Source: Camelus ferus (Eukaryota). Taken from it: a stretch of 64,000 nt of DNA. Every line of letters begins with the position of its first letter. Position 1 is the stretch's first letter. The notes under the pieces are model-generated. The model saw only the letters and a list, made by a program, of their open reading frames with translations. It did no database searches and was not told the DNA's origin. The position numbers and the translations under genes were made by a program. The stretch is from the NCBI RefSeq assembly GCF_009834535.1, contig NC_045707.1, positions 58,344,001 to 58,408,000 on the forward strand, read 5' to 3'. Positions 1 through 12,307 of the stretch are shown here, in pieces.

Positions 1-299
1 TACTGTTCATAACTCTTTTTTTTTTTTTAATCAGTTTCAGCTCTAGAATTTACTTCCTGCTTAAGAAGCAGGTATTAATGCTAGGCCATACTTAGGTAAT
101 GATAATGAGAACAGATTTCATAGTTTTGCCTTTTAGAAGGCTTTACATAAGATAGAGGAAAGGAACAAGTTTGGTTCAGGGAGAAAAGGAATGAACAAAT
201 TCCTAATCCAGTCTTAACTCTAATTCTAGAAGAAGAGAAAATAGAAAGCTTCATTATGTGCAGACTTGGTCTAATGAAGCTGTAAGGCATTAACTGCAG

Positions 300-405
300 G
301 GTGTAGATGAGGACACTGAAACTCAGAGTTTAACTTGCTCAAGGTCATATATAGTAATCACCTAGAAATCTGCTGAGCCAGTATTTGACCTCAGGTCTTT
401 GACAG
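300..405 (-). mobile_element. MIR SINE fragment in the last PAWR intron
   Basis: gtagatgaggacactgaaactcagag...aacttgctcaaggtcat...tttgacctcaggtct resembles the antisense MIR core; boundaries approximate. Confidence 0.7.
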
Positions 406-1705
406 TCTTAATACTAAGGAAGCTCTTCCATTCTTATAGACTGCCTTTCATCTTGGTTCAGAACACAAGCATTCCTCTATTATTTCTGTAATATGATATA
501 AAATCTGCAAATATTTTTGATGTCTGTGATCTGTTGGCACTGTCTTAGACACTGTGTGCATTAAAAAGAAAAATGAACCACCTGCCCTTACAGGTTTATA
601 ATCTAGTAATGATACATGAGTATATTTTTTCATTTAATTCTGTAAGTCTTAGGTGGGTCTCAATTGTAGTAATTTTAGCAATCTCATATCTTCATTATTG
701 TTATTTTCAACAAATTAATTTCCTATTATCATTCAGTTTGTGAGTAAATACAAATTCTGTGTCTGTACATTTTTAAATCATTTACCTAATTGTCCAAAGA
801 CAGTATACTAAATGTATCAGAATGCAGCTATTCAGTAGCATACTTAGAATTCACATTGATTTCTCCAAGTTTAGTATTTTGAATTTCAAGGATAAAGCTA
901 TAAATATAAATGTCTGCTTTTCCAACCATCAATAAATAATCTGCCTTAAAATAGTGTTTCTTCTAACTAAAACTTATAGTGGATTGTTTTCATGTTTACC
1001 AAATGGTTGTATATGTGGCACTGGGATTAATTTATGGAATGTGGAGCTGGAATTGGATAACTTTAAAGCTAGGAGGTGATTACCTAGTTTAGTGGCTTCC
1101 ACATTTTTTTTTTAAGCTTAAAAACCTTTCTCCAAACAAAACGTCATAGAGAAGCCTAACATAAACTGAACCAGATGAACTCTATAAGCCCTAGATCTCC
1201 TTTTCTGTGGGCCTCAGTTCTCTCCCCTCCCGGGTTCTTATCCCCCAACACGTACACAGATCACACCAGGTAGTAGGAGTACATCCAGAACTTGCACCTG
1301 GATCTTTCTGATGCCTAATTTGACACAAAGTTGAGATCTAAGGCCCTAGACCTCATACTGGCTACTTATGTATTTTGTTTAGCCCTCAATATGAGGAAGG
1401 AGGGATTTGTTTTTAACTAAAAATTTAAGTTATTTATAATGATTAAAAATTGGAAGATTCACAATTAATTCTGATTTCTGGCTTCTCTTTAAAAACTGAG
1501 AGATCTGGCGAGAGCTGGCCTGTAATACCGTGATACCAATGAGGAGTCGAGTAGTGGATGCTGCCTTTGGGTGGGGCATATTCTATCCAGAGCTTTTTTC
1601 AGAGGTAGCCCTTGTTTCCAAATGAATTACTTATAAGAATTATCTTTAAATGTGTATTTTGAAGTTTTTTTTTATCACTTTCAGAATATTTTTAAGTATT
1701 TTAAA

Positions 1706-1740
1706 AACTCACGTATTGTTTTCCTTTTTGTTTCCTTAAG
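1706..1740 (+). promoter_or_regulatory. PAWR: 3' splice acceptor of the last PAWR intron
   Basis: Branch-like actcac, pyrimidine tract ttgttttcctttttgtttcctt, then AG at 1739-1740 directly before the coding exon (phase 0). Confidence 0.9.
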
Positions 1741-1827
1741 GACCTAGATGACATAGAAGATGAAAATGAACAACTAAAGCAGGAGAATAAAACTCTTTTG
1801 AAAGTTGTTGGGCAGCTAACAAGGTAG
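1741..1827 (+). CDS. PAWR: Terminal coding exon of PRKC apoptosis WT1 regulator (Par-4); end of the C-terminal leucine zipper
   Basis: Manual translation gives DLDDIEDENEQLKQENKTLLKVVGQLTR-TAG, recognised as the Par-4 C-terminus; preceded by a canonical acceptor; too short for the ORF track; upstream exons lie outside the window. Confidence 0.96.
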   Translation, partial: DLDDIEDENEQLKQENKTLLKVVGQLTR

Positions 1828-2450
1828 AAGATTCAAGGCTCAGTGTGGAAAAAAATATTTTAAAACTACTGATCGAATGTTATGGTTAACACTAGGACAA
1901 TATTCCTATGCAAGTATGTATATTTATTTCTAGAAAACAGTGGATGTTTATTTTCAAAATATTTCTTTTTCATTATCAGTTTCAAAAAAAATCAACCATT
2001 TATTTCACAAAGAAGTAACCACTTTTAGTTATTAAACTTGTAGGTTTATGCCTCTTTTGGTTTTGTGTGGTATTCAAGTAATACATAGTTTAAAGTCACA
2101 ACCATTTGAATATATTTCATCTATGGGAATGCATTTTCTCCCTAAGAGAATATACATAGTCTTTGTTTACATAAATTCAAGTACTTTTTGGGGAGTTACC
2201 TGCAAATGCCTTATTACTGATATGTGCAACCTTTTATTCATAAAGGTCTTTGTCTACAGTCTGTTCTTTCAACTTATTCTAAGCAATTTAGAGGAATATA
2301 GAGTCAAGCTATTTTGTATAACAGTCATCTTTAAAAAGGAAAACTACTATAAAATGTCACTTAATATCATGTACTAGTTGGCTAAATATAAAATTTAAGA
2401 GAATACTTGAATTGTGCTATCGTAAATTAAAATGTAGTATTTTGTTTTCA
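1828..2450 (+). other. PAWR: Proximal PAWR 3'UTR
   Basis: AT-rich sequence with no recognisable repeat after the stop codon, up to ATTAAA 2426-2431 and a T/GT-rich tract; end point inferred. Confidence 0.7.
2426..2431 (+). terminator. PAWR: Candidate proximal poly(A) signal (ATTAAA)
   Basis: ATTAAA followed by tattttgttttc; another ATTAAA at 2031-2036 is followed by GT-rich ttttggttttgtgtgg. Confidence 0.5.
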
Positions 2451-3239
2451 AGTACTGAAAAAAATTTAAGTCACTTTGACTTCTAAAAGACATACAGTTG
2501 TACTTCTAAAGTAAAATTTCTTATGTAGGTACTCTTTTTATTATTCCAAGGTTTATAAGTGAACATGGGGTATTTTAAAAGGTGTTTTATTCATGAAGCC
2601 TAGAGAGTGTACAATTTCAGCATATAAGAAAAAAATCCACATTTTAAATTATCATATGCATTAAAACCAAAAGGAAACTATTTATCCACACAAAACATTT
2701 ATACTTACATTAACAATACATTACATAAACAGAAATCATACTGAAATACTTTGCTTAATTTCTAACTTGGAGAGTAACACTGTAATACAGTTGTTCTCAT
2801 GTGGAGAATTATGCCCCTACCTCAAATTTAAGGGATTTTCTTCCTAACATTGGATTTTTTAAAAACAGAATTATTTTGAAGAATTATACAGATTTTCTCT
2901 TCTATTAGATATCATTAGTGTTTAGAGTTGTTTTGTATTACATTTTCATGTTGAGTAAGAAAGCCCTCTCCTTTAAAATACATTAAGAAATGTCAGCCTT
3001 GATAGTGTACTAATGCCCTTTTATCCAATTAATGTATGTAAATGTCTTGAACATAGTAAAATCCATTTTGGGTCCCCTTCTGACTCTTTCTTTTACTTGC
3101 TAAGCCCCTTCATTATTTGTTTTATTAGAAAGATAGGGAAGGTAAGACAGAAAAAGCACAGAGTAAATGCTGAATTTTAATACTCTCTGCAATAACCTAG
3201 GTGTCCCATCCCGTGCCCCTGCACCTGCCCACCCCGCTT

Positions 3240-3392
3240 CAGAAGTTTCAACCTTGGCTGATCATCAGAATCACTTGGGTTGTTTAAGAATTATCAGGTT
3301 ATAGCTTCTAGATTGGTTTAGATTGAGACCTTGGATAGAATTTTTAAACTCTGCATCTGAAGATTTTGGTCATAACCTAGATTGGGAAACAG
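3240..3392. mobile_element. MER5-like hAT-Charlie DNA transposon relic
   Basis: tttcaaccttggctg...atcagaatcacttggg...gattgggaaac resembles MER5 ends. Confidence 0.55.
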
Positions 3393-3834
3393 CTACCCTT
3401 GCCACTTTCTTCCTATATCTTCTGTTGGAGACCTTGGAATTAACATAGTTTTAGCTACCAGCACTTTTTAACCTCTTGGTTTATTTAATAATTAACTTGG
3501 TCTCTGGAGAAGTTCACATATGTCAATATATGTATTTACCAAAAAGTTCAATGTTAAATTACCAAGCTCGATATAGTTGTGGAATTACTGCATTAGGACA
3601 CCTTTTTTGGAGAATAGTCCCAGCATGGTAACAGTGATTTGTTGCCCAGGTGTTGCAGTGGTGTTCCAGGCTCAGGCAGCGCCTTTGGCTGTGTGGTCCT
3701 CATTTCCCTTGGATAATTTACCCTTAATTGTGTGGCAGAAGTACTGGTATTGCCTAGCTTCCCAACCACAGTTTGGATGTTGTGAAAATGCTGTTAGTAT
3801 CCAACCTTAAAATATATTAGTATACTGATTTTTC

Positions 3835-3840
3835 AATAAA
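3835..3840 (+). terminator. PAWR: Candidate intermediate poly(A) signal (AATAAA)
   Basis: Canonical hexamer followed by T-rich sequence. Confidence 0.4.
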
Positions 3841-6502
3841 AGAAGTATTTTGAATTTTCTGTTTAATCCATTTGTAACTAAAGGACTATTTCAATTCCCC
3901 GTTTAAAATTATACCAGCTATTAAGGCTTTTAAAGACTGAGCTCTTTTAAAGTTTTTCCTCTATTTCAGTTTATCAGGAACATTTCCAACAGTGACCTTA
4001 TACATAACAGTACCTAGTGCAAATAGAGAAGCCCGACAATTGAGGCAAAGTAGTTCACGTGCAGTCCTCTCTCCCATGCTTAAAATGTATATTTGTATCA
4101 CTTAATGATTTTTTACACCGAATATTGAAAAATAAAGTAGGATCTGCTACAATTTCCCTTTAAAATTTATAAAAAGCATTGAAATTTTAAAAAGGTTACT
4201 TAAGTACATGTACACTACCTTAAAAAACTTGGGCTATTGTCAGTAAAGTACTAGTATTTGTGAAATTATTAGTCCCATTCAGAAATAATATTTCTTATAT
4301 TTCCTGGGAATTTGTGGCATAATAAAGCATATCCAAATATCCAGAGTTCTAATGTGTTTATGATGTTATTTTCAAAACAATAAGTTTTTATCTTTAAAAT
4401 GAATGTGACTTGCCTCCTTGATTTCTGATATGCATTAACTTGGATATTACTGAAGAAATAATCTCTATTTCATCTTTCTAGAATTATTAGTTTTATTGCA
4501 CTACAGTTACCTTTAGAGAGGAAGAAGAAGGCATTAGAGTGTATATTTCTAAAGGAATTTACTAAATATAGTAGATTAGCTCTGTCATACTTGCTCAAGT
4601 AGTTTAATACATAGAAAATTATCGGGGCAGTTACATGAAGCATTGTATTCTTAAGGTGAAAAACCTACCTCAATTACATGTGGTTTATGTTTTCTGGATT
4701 AATCTGGATTTTTATAATTAGAAATTAAAATGCAGGTTTTTGAGTCCATTAATAATACGTTGTTGAAAATAATGCAAGTCAATGTAATAACATGTTCATA
4801 TGTTCAAACACCAGAAGATAAAATAGGAAGAACCTTGGGTTTGATAATTAATCTGATGTCCCAGACAATATTCATATGTACATTGGTTGTCATATTTCAT
4901 CTTTTTTTGTAGTTTTTTATCTTGACTCAGTGCCTAGTAAGTTCCATGCAGTGTTGGCACTTACTTAATACCTGTTCTTGATGTTGTCAATAACCTGTTC
5001 TAAGATTCATGCATATATTTTCATCTTGTAATATAAAAAACCAAACACACTAGCTTTTCATTGGGGGAAATATATTAAATGAGAAGGAACTAGCATTAAA
5101 ATAACATGTTAAAGTCAGTGATAAACATTGTCTCATTCTGTCTGAACCATTCCTAACTTGTAACAGTAAACTTGACTTTTTTGCATTGGAACTGTGCTCT
5201 CATAAATAAAGGACACCCTATTGATTAGGATTATAATTTGTATGACTTACCTTAGGACTAGTGACACTTTGTTGTTGTTGTTTCAGTAAGCTGAAAATAT
5301 GGTACCAATAGCAAACATTTTACTCGTCAGGTGCATATACAAAGGCACTCTCCACCATGCTGTCAAGTTTTCTCTTTAATATATCAAAGTTGGTTGTTTC
5401 CTTCCCAGTATAAAGACTCAAACCATTGCCCAAGAAAACCTCAGCCCACATTTTTTTTTTAATTTTACTTAGCTAGAATCTAACAGCACACTAAAGTTGT
5501 CTCCCCATACTTCCCCCACCCCCAAAACAATTATGTGTGAGTATGTGAGAGAAATATGGCTGAGGGGGTTATGTTAAACTTTCATACTTATTCTTTCAGC
5601 AAGTAACTGGTCATACAATTATAGATATTACAGAAGTTTTAAAAAATGTCCATGGATCAGCCCTTCCATCTGTCAGTGTACAGTGTGTGTAGTGTGTGTC
5701 AGTGCTGTCTTCAGCAGCATTAGCCAGTCTACTCTGAATAGTTCATTCAAAAGTATTTTCTGTATTAGTTATCCAGCCATTGTATTTTAGGTCTGATTAA
5801 TAGGTACTATTTAATTTGCTGCAGTGTTTACTGAATGGTGGATGAAAGACTGGATGCATATTGGGAAGCATCTTACCGTGTTTCCTTTAGGTAATTATGT
5901 ATTATGAAAAGAACATTTTAAAGGAATTTGTCACAGTAATGAAGTAAAAAGAATTCAACGTATGTCAGCTGTACCAAACTGTTGATGGTGTTCAAAAGTG
6001 ATTTTAAGTTAGTTTTTCTGTATACATTATTGATTACTGGTTTGTTTTTAGATGTTTAAGTCTAATGAACAGTTCACATATTGGCAGTCACTTTGGTAAT
6101 AATAGAATGTTAGTGATGATCACTTGATGGATGTTTTTGTGTGCCTGTTTTGTTTTGTTTCTGCCTCTGGATACCTAATAGATGTATATTACTTTTTTTG
6201 TGTGAACTTGTTTCTTGGAAGATCTGACTGTGCTATTCAGGGTTTTTATTATTATGCTTTTCTTCTAAATTTAAGTATCAGATGGTGGCTGCTACCAGCA
6301 AAGACCATATGAAAACTGAAATTGACTGTTTTGTTTAAAAAATCAGCTAATTCAGGTAATCCAAATATTTGTAGAGAAAAATCTGGATAATTTATTGATC
6401 ACATTAGTATTGTGTAGACAGCTTTCATAATCCCCATTGTGTAGGCTTTCACTGGGGTAGTCAACTTGATATGGATTCACTTTTAATATGCTTTGCATGT
6501 AA

Positions 6503-6521
6503 AATAAAAATACTCAATAAA
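6503..6521 (+). terminator. PAWR: Candidate distal poly(A) signal, tandem AATAAA pair
   Basis: AATAAA at 6503-6508 and 6516-6521, several upstream TGTA motifs, downstream T-rich and tgtgctgttgg elements. Confidence 0.5.
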
Positions 6522-8484
6522 AAAGTAAATTTTCATTTAATTTTTAACACTGGTTAATTATTTTTTTCCTTCCTGTGCTGTTGGTAAAACCCTGACCATG
6601 AGTTTTTACTTTCGAAGTTATAGGACAGTGCTAATATTCAAATTAACTTATGTACCTCTTACTGAAACAGTATACAGTACTTTAAAATCTTTAATATATT
6701 ATTTTAGAAGGAATAATGTTTTAACAAACAAAAATATAGTATTGATAAGATCTTAATACATAAGTAGTGGGGCTTCTTGAGGAAGTGTATACATGTTCAA
6801 CCTGAGGTGAAAGCTTTGGTTTTGTGTTTTAAAACTACACGAATAATTTCTTAATTCAAAACTGGATCTGTCATCCACTAAATCTGATGGTGGTCAGAGA
6901 ATTTTAGGTCCTACTTGAAAAGATAAGTAGAGGTCTGGGAATGTAAAAATCCAATCTGTGTTTTTTTTAGTAAATGGTTTACATAACCTTTTGCCTAATG
7001 TGTCATTCTTCATACACCTGCACAAGCTAATCAGTCTTTACTTCTGGGACTCTGATCTTCTCAGTGATGTCATACATGTCTAACAAGTGAACAAGCATCT
7101 TTCAGTCAGACTATTTAGATAATGTCTCAAGTCCTTATGTAAGAACATACTCCATTAGCAAGTTTATTGAAAAAAATTTGCAAGGTCTAGTCTTAACTGG
7201 AACTGGAGCTCTTTATCTTAGACTTCATCAAATCTCTATTTTTTTCTTCTAGATTCACTCTGCATGCACACAATCCTATGAGTATCTATAAACTAGTCAT
7301 ATAATTTTTTTAATCTCATGCCTCCAGTTTTTTTTTCACCTCTGCAAAAGGTTACATTTTATTCCTGATCAGCTTCTTGGAAAGAACTATGTACTATTGG
7401 ACCTTCATGTTAAAGAGATAGGACTGGTTATAATACCCTTTACAATCCATCCATTTTATTTTTAGTAAGGTCTAGCCATTTAAGGTTAAAAAGGAAGCTA
7501 GAAAGCAAAACTGCCCTCTTACTTCTGGACCAAACTCATAATTCTACTCTCACTTTCAAAAAACTGCTCTTACTGACTAAAGATGCTTTTAATAAAGGAG
7601 AAAGCTACTTGGTGTCAGTTCAGCAATATGAAAAACAAATTAATATGAGGCAGTTAGAACAGGTAGATTGGACTTTGACTTTATGCATGTGAAAGGAAAA
7701 CAATAGGAATTTTGACTGCTATGTATCTTTTTCACATTGAAGTTTGTAGAATTATTCAGTATATAGTCTTAATCCATATATGATCAACTGCTACTCTGGT
7801 TTAGATATACTATGGAACATGAAATTTACAACCTTTATTTTATGTTACAGGCTTTCATTCAGGGAAATTCTTGCATTCCTTTGAAACATGAACTATATTT
7901 ACTGTGGTTAAACAAAGGTAGATGATGTCACCAGTGGACATTTTAGCTTTATGGAAGCAAATTTTTAAGAAAAATAATAGAAAGATAGCTGATTCCTTTT
8001 ATTATTCTCGGAGTGCAAAAGTATAAACAAAGCTTTCAGTCAAAGACAGGAAATCCCATCCTGAAGAACCTGCAAAACCCTTTTGGTAAGAATACATTCA
8101 TTTGATACAGTGTTAAGAAAAGTTGGAAAATGATTAGCCTTCCATAGCAGTTTGAAAGTTTCATATATGGATGGTTCAGGACAGTAAACAACATCACTAA
8201 TTTAAAGTAACATTATGCCAGTAATTTCATATTAACTGTATTCTTTATTTTTTAAAGTAAATCAGTGAATCAGTGAAAATTATAATGGGATGAATAATGA
8301 ACACTAAAGAATGCTGATTAATGATCCTAAGGGGCCTGAAAGTGCCTCTTGTTTCTTGTAACTCTTTTGAGATCAATGTAACTTAAGAGGTTCAGCAAAG
8401 CATAGCAATTCAGTTAACAATTTGAACATAACTTTAACCCTAATTTGGTATAGCATAAAAACATTCAGTAATTAGTAATTCAGT

Positions 8485-8592
8485 AGCCATATGTGCCAGG
8501 CATCATGTTAAGTGCTTTAAATATTGTTTTTATTTGATACCTTAAAAGGGCAAGGTACAGATTGGAAGATTTATTTGCCCAAGGTCACAAAA
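8485..8592 (-). mobile_element. MIR fragment
   Basis: atgtgccaggcatcatgttaagtgcttta...tttgcccaaggtcaca. Confidence 0.6.
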
Positions 8593-8658
8593 CAATGCTT
8601 TGTGCCTTATGCTGTGACATACTTTTATGACATAATCATTGTTCTATTAAGTATTTTC

Positions 8659-8832
8659 CCAGTAGTTCTCAAAGTGTGGTCCCCACACTAGTATCATTGG
8701 TTTCACTAAGAAACCTGTTTAGAAATACGATTTTTTTGGCTCCACTCAGCAACAAAATGAGGTGAGGCTCAAAAATCTGTGTTTTAACAAGCCCTTTGAA
8801 TGATTTTAATGCAAGTCAAAGCTTGCGAATTT
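8659..8832. mobile_element. MER5A DNA transposon (hAT-Charlie)
   Basis: Begins cagtagttctcaaagtgtggtcccc and contains aatctgtgttttaacaagccct...gattttaatgca. Confidence 0.8.
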
Positions 8833-10031
8833 GCATTACGCATTTTTATTTTTAAGCAAAAATGTTGGTCTTTCTTTTGTCTTTGGACACTGTATAAGTA
8901 ATATAACATGAACTTGTGAAAAAGAAAATAAGTGGTCTTTTCTTTGTTGCTTACATTGCAAAAGATTGTATCAGGAAAAGCCTCAGCATGGATATTGGCA
9001 GCTTGACATAACCCCATTAGTTGAGTATTATCTCTGGAACTCAAATGGATTCTTAAGTCCAAGAGACTGTGGAATGAAATCTTTGTTTTTCTGTGTTAAG
9101 GTCGATCTCTCTAATTGCCTGAAGTTTTTGGTAACAGAAATGCATTTTTTGTTACATTTTAAAACTTGAATGGAACAAATGTATGTTTCATCAGAGTTAC
9201 AGTTTTGTTTCTGTTTTTGTTTTCTGGGTTTTCTTTTTTTTTGCATGTATGGACACTGTAGGGACAATGGGGAGATTGAATTTTCAAAGTTTACTCTCTG
9301 TGGACCCAGAAAATCAATAGCATTTTCTAGCTAATTGAGCAGTGAGGAGAAATCCACAGAATTGCATCCCAATGAGTAAAGAAAAAAATTAAAGTCTATG
9401 CTTATCTATCGGGGATCATTTTTTTTCCTTATACAATGAATTTTAAAGCTTTGGAGCAGTTTTGGATTACAGAATCATTGGGAAGACAGTACAGAAAGTA
9501 CTCGAATACCCCACACCCAGTTTCCCCGGATTAATGTCTTAAGTAGTTTGGGGCATTTGTGACAATTAATGAAACAACACTGATACTTGAATTATTTAGA
9601 AGTTCATACTTGGTTCAGATATCCTCCCATTGTCCCTGATGTCCTTTCTCTGTTCCAGGACCTACCCTAAGATACCGCATTACATTTAGTTGTCATGTCT
9701 CCTTACACCCCTCTGAGTTGTGACAATTTCTTAGACTTTCCTTATTTTTGAATACTGTGACAGTTTTGAGGATTACTGGTCAGGTATTTTTCACATCTTC
9801 ATACAGACTTTTTCAGATATACACAAAAGTAGAGAAATTACCCATATTTTGCCAATCTTATTTTCTCCTCTTTTTTTTTTTTGCTGCAGTATTTTAGTTA
9901 CATTTCAATGGTCCTCTCATTTCACCTGTAAATATTTGAATATTTCTCTCTAAGAGATAAAGCCTTAAAAAACAACCACAATATTACCATACCCAACAAA
10001 TCTAATGCCAGTTTCTTAATATCAGATGTTC

Positions 10032-10445
10032 AGTTTGGGTTCTCCTGGCAGGTCTGCAAGAGGGAGATTTACTGGGGGAAACACCTGTGAGGAAAAATGG
10101 GGCTGTTGGGAAGCCTCAATATAGGTCCGATTGATATGAAGAAGAGAGGGAAGGAGGATGGTTGAGCAGGAAGTCTTAATCCACAGTGCAGTTTTAAGAA
10201 AGTTTTAGCAAGTCTGTAAAACATCCTCATGCCAAAGGTGCCCGTTCATCAGAATCGGCCTGATCCAACAGGAATGGGCTTGCCTTTGTATTCCTGCTAT
10301 GCTCCTTTGCTGGCCAGGAGCAGACTGTAGGAAGCAGACCTCAGCTGAACATCATGGTGGATTCAGATCACAGCAGCTGAAACTGTGAGTCAGTTACTCA
10401 CCCCACAGTAGGAGAGTGGAGAAACCCATTTTCACGGCTGCCGCG
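10032..10445. mobile_element. Ancient LTR (ERVL/MaLR-like) inserted in L1M
   Basis: GC-richer block (ttgggttctcctggcagg...gatttactgggggaaacacctgtgagg) interrupting L1-like sequence; subfamily not assignable. Confidence 0.5.
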
Positions 10446-10564
10446 GCGTATGATACTTTGTGTTCAGGTTTCCCCCAGATATCTCAAAAAACTGTTTATT
10501 CAGATAGAGATCCAAATGAGAGTCATACATTGTATTTGGTTACTATGTCTCTTAACTCTTTTTT

Positions 10565-10716
10565 TAAATTTTTTATTGATTTATAATCATTTTACAATGC
10601 TGTGTCAAATTCCAGTGTAGAGCACAATTTTTCAGTCATACATGAATGTATATATATTCATTGTCACATTTTTTTGTCTGTGAGCTACCATAAGATCTTG
10701 TGTGTATTTCCCTGTG
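10565..10716 (-). mobile_element. 5'-truncated lineage-specific L1 3' tail
   Basis: T-rich start, then tacaatgctgtgtcaaattccagtgtagagcac; flanked by aa(c/g)tctttttt at 10554-10564 and 10717-10727 (probable TSD). Confidence 0.75.
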
Positions 10717-11808
10717 AAGTCTTTTTTAATCTATAAATTACACCCCCAAATTTTATGCCATTTTTTCAAATTGAAGAAATCAGATCATTTACTCTGTGGA
10801 ATTTCCCACATTCTGGATTTGACAGATTCTGTTTTTAAGATACTGTTTGATTTGTCTCTTTACCCTCCTTTTTTCTGTAAATTGTTCACTAGATATAGAC
10901 ACTTTACTGGATTCGATGCATATACCTATGGGACAATAATTTATATGTAGGTGGTGTGTACTTCTATTGAATCACATCCGAAGGTACGTAATGTCTGGTT
11001 GCCTCACTTTAAATGATGTTAAGGAAGATTAACAGATTCAGATGCTATTATACTTTATTTAAAAATTCTACATCAACCTTTTATGTAATGGTCTTAGCAA
11101 ATTTTGATAATTACTGCCCAGATCAGTAATTATCATTACTGATAATCATTACCCAGATCTAATTATTATATCATTAGATACTGCAGAGTGATAATTTTCA
11201 AATTCTATCATTCTGTTTACATTAGTAGTTAGAATTCTTTAAAGAGAAACTTTTCTTCATCACTTGACTTGATTTCCCTAAAATGTAAGAAAGATAAAAA
11301 TCACATTCTCTCCCTTTATTTTCCACTTTTACAGTAATGGGCCAGAGCCCCAGCAACCTCCAAAAAGGTAAGTCATCTGTTTGTTTTAGATGGTTACAGT
11401 GTTTTAATCCCTTGCAGTCATTACTTTTCGTGTCCAGATTGTCTCATATTTGGCCAGTGGGTACCCTTCCAAGTAGGCTCCTGTGATCTTTTGGTCATGG
11501 GTAGCTTCCTTGTTTTCTGGCGTGAGGTGTTCTAGTCTCATCTTGTACATTTCCTTTTCAAGACCTGGAAAATAAGAGCTACCTTTCTTTGTAGAAAATT
11601 AGAGCCTTGATAACCACCAAAATTATCAGATATAAAACTCAGCATTTATAGTGCTCTTCTTAACTAAAAGCTGTAAGGACCTTGAAACATTTTCCAACTC
11701 GTATTTTTACTGGAAAATTTTAGATGATAAAAAGCTGCTTGTTTATTTGCCATGTCTCATTCTTTTGCTCATTTGCTGTGCAAATGGTAGGCAGATCTCA
11801 GATATCTT

Positions 11809-11934
11809 TTTTTTTTTCTGAGGGGGGTACTTAGGTTTATTCATTTATTTATTTTCAGAGGAGATACTGGGGATTGAACCCAGGACCTCAGGCATGCTAA
11901 GCATGCAATCTACAATTTGAGCTATCCCCTCCCC
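11809..11934 (-). mobile_element. tRNA-derived SINE (camelid Vic-1-like)
   Basis: Reverse complement reads ggggaggggatagctcaaattgtagattgcatgcttagcatg...gggttcaatccccagtatctcc plus A-tail; exact 12-bp TSD ctcagatatctt at 11797-11808 and 11935-11946. Confidence 0.9.
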
Positions 11935-12209
11935 CTCAGATATCTTGATTTTTAAAAAATTTAAATCTCTTCACGCCTATTGAGAAGCTCAGGAGATTGA
12001 TTATAAAAGTCAAATTTTTTTTAGTAGTTAAATCACATAAAAGTGGTGTTCAGGTTAGAATGGAGAAGATAACTGATGTAAAAATGTATAATCATTGAAT
12101 TGGATTGTTAAAAGACATCAAAGAGCTTATGTTAATTAAGCTAAATTCATAATAAAAAAGGTGGTGCCCAAATTGTTTCCCCTCCCCCATTAAAACTTGG
12201 CCCAAACTA

Positions 12210-12307
12210 GGGGGGAGGGTATAGCTCAGTGGTAGAGTGCATGCTTAGTTAGCATGCGCACGACCCTGGGTTCAATCCCCAATACATCCATGAAAAAAAA
12301 TAATAAT
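12210..12307 (+). mobile_element. tRNA-derived SINE (camelid Vic-1-like)
   Basis: ggggagggtatagctcagtggtagag (A box)...gggttcaatcccc (B box), A-tail; exact 12-bp TSD ttggcccaaact at 12197-12208 and 12308-12319. Confidence 0.92.

Larger units (their letters stand above)
9440..11590 (-). mobile_element. Cluster of ancient L1M (L1MC-like) 3' fragments, interrupted by an LTR and a younger L1 tail
   Basis: Antisense L1 3'UTR-like phrases: ttacatttagttgtcatgtctcctta, tttcccacattctggatttg, ctcatcttgtacatttcct...agacctggaa. Confidence 0.7.

Noticed and set aside
12210..12307. tRNA gene (A and B boxes present)
   Set aside because: A-rich tail, TSD and three related dispersed copies identify a SINE
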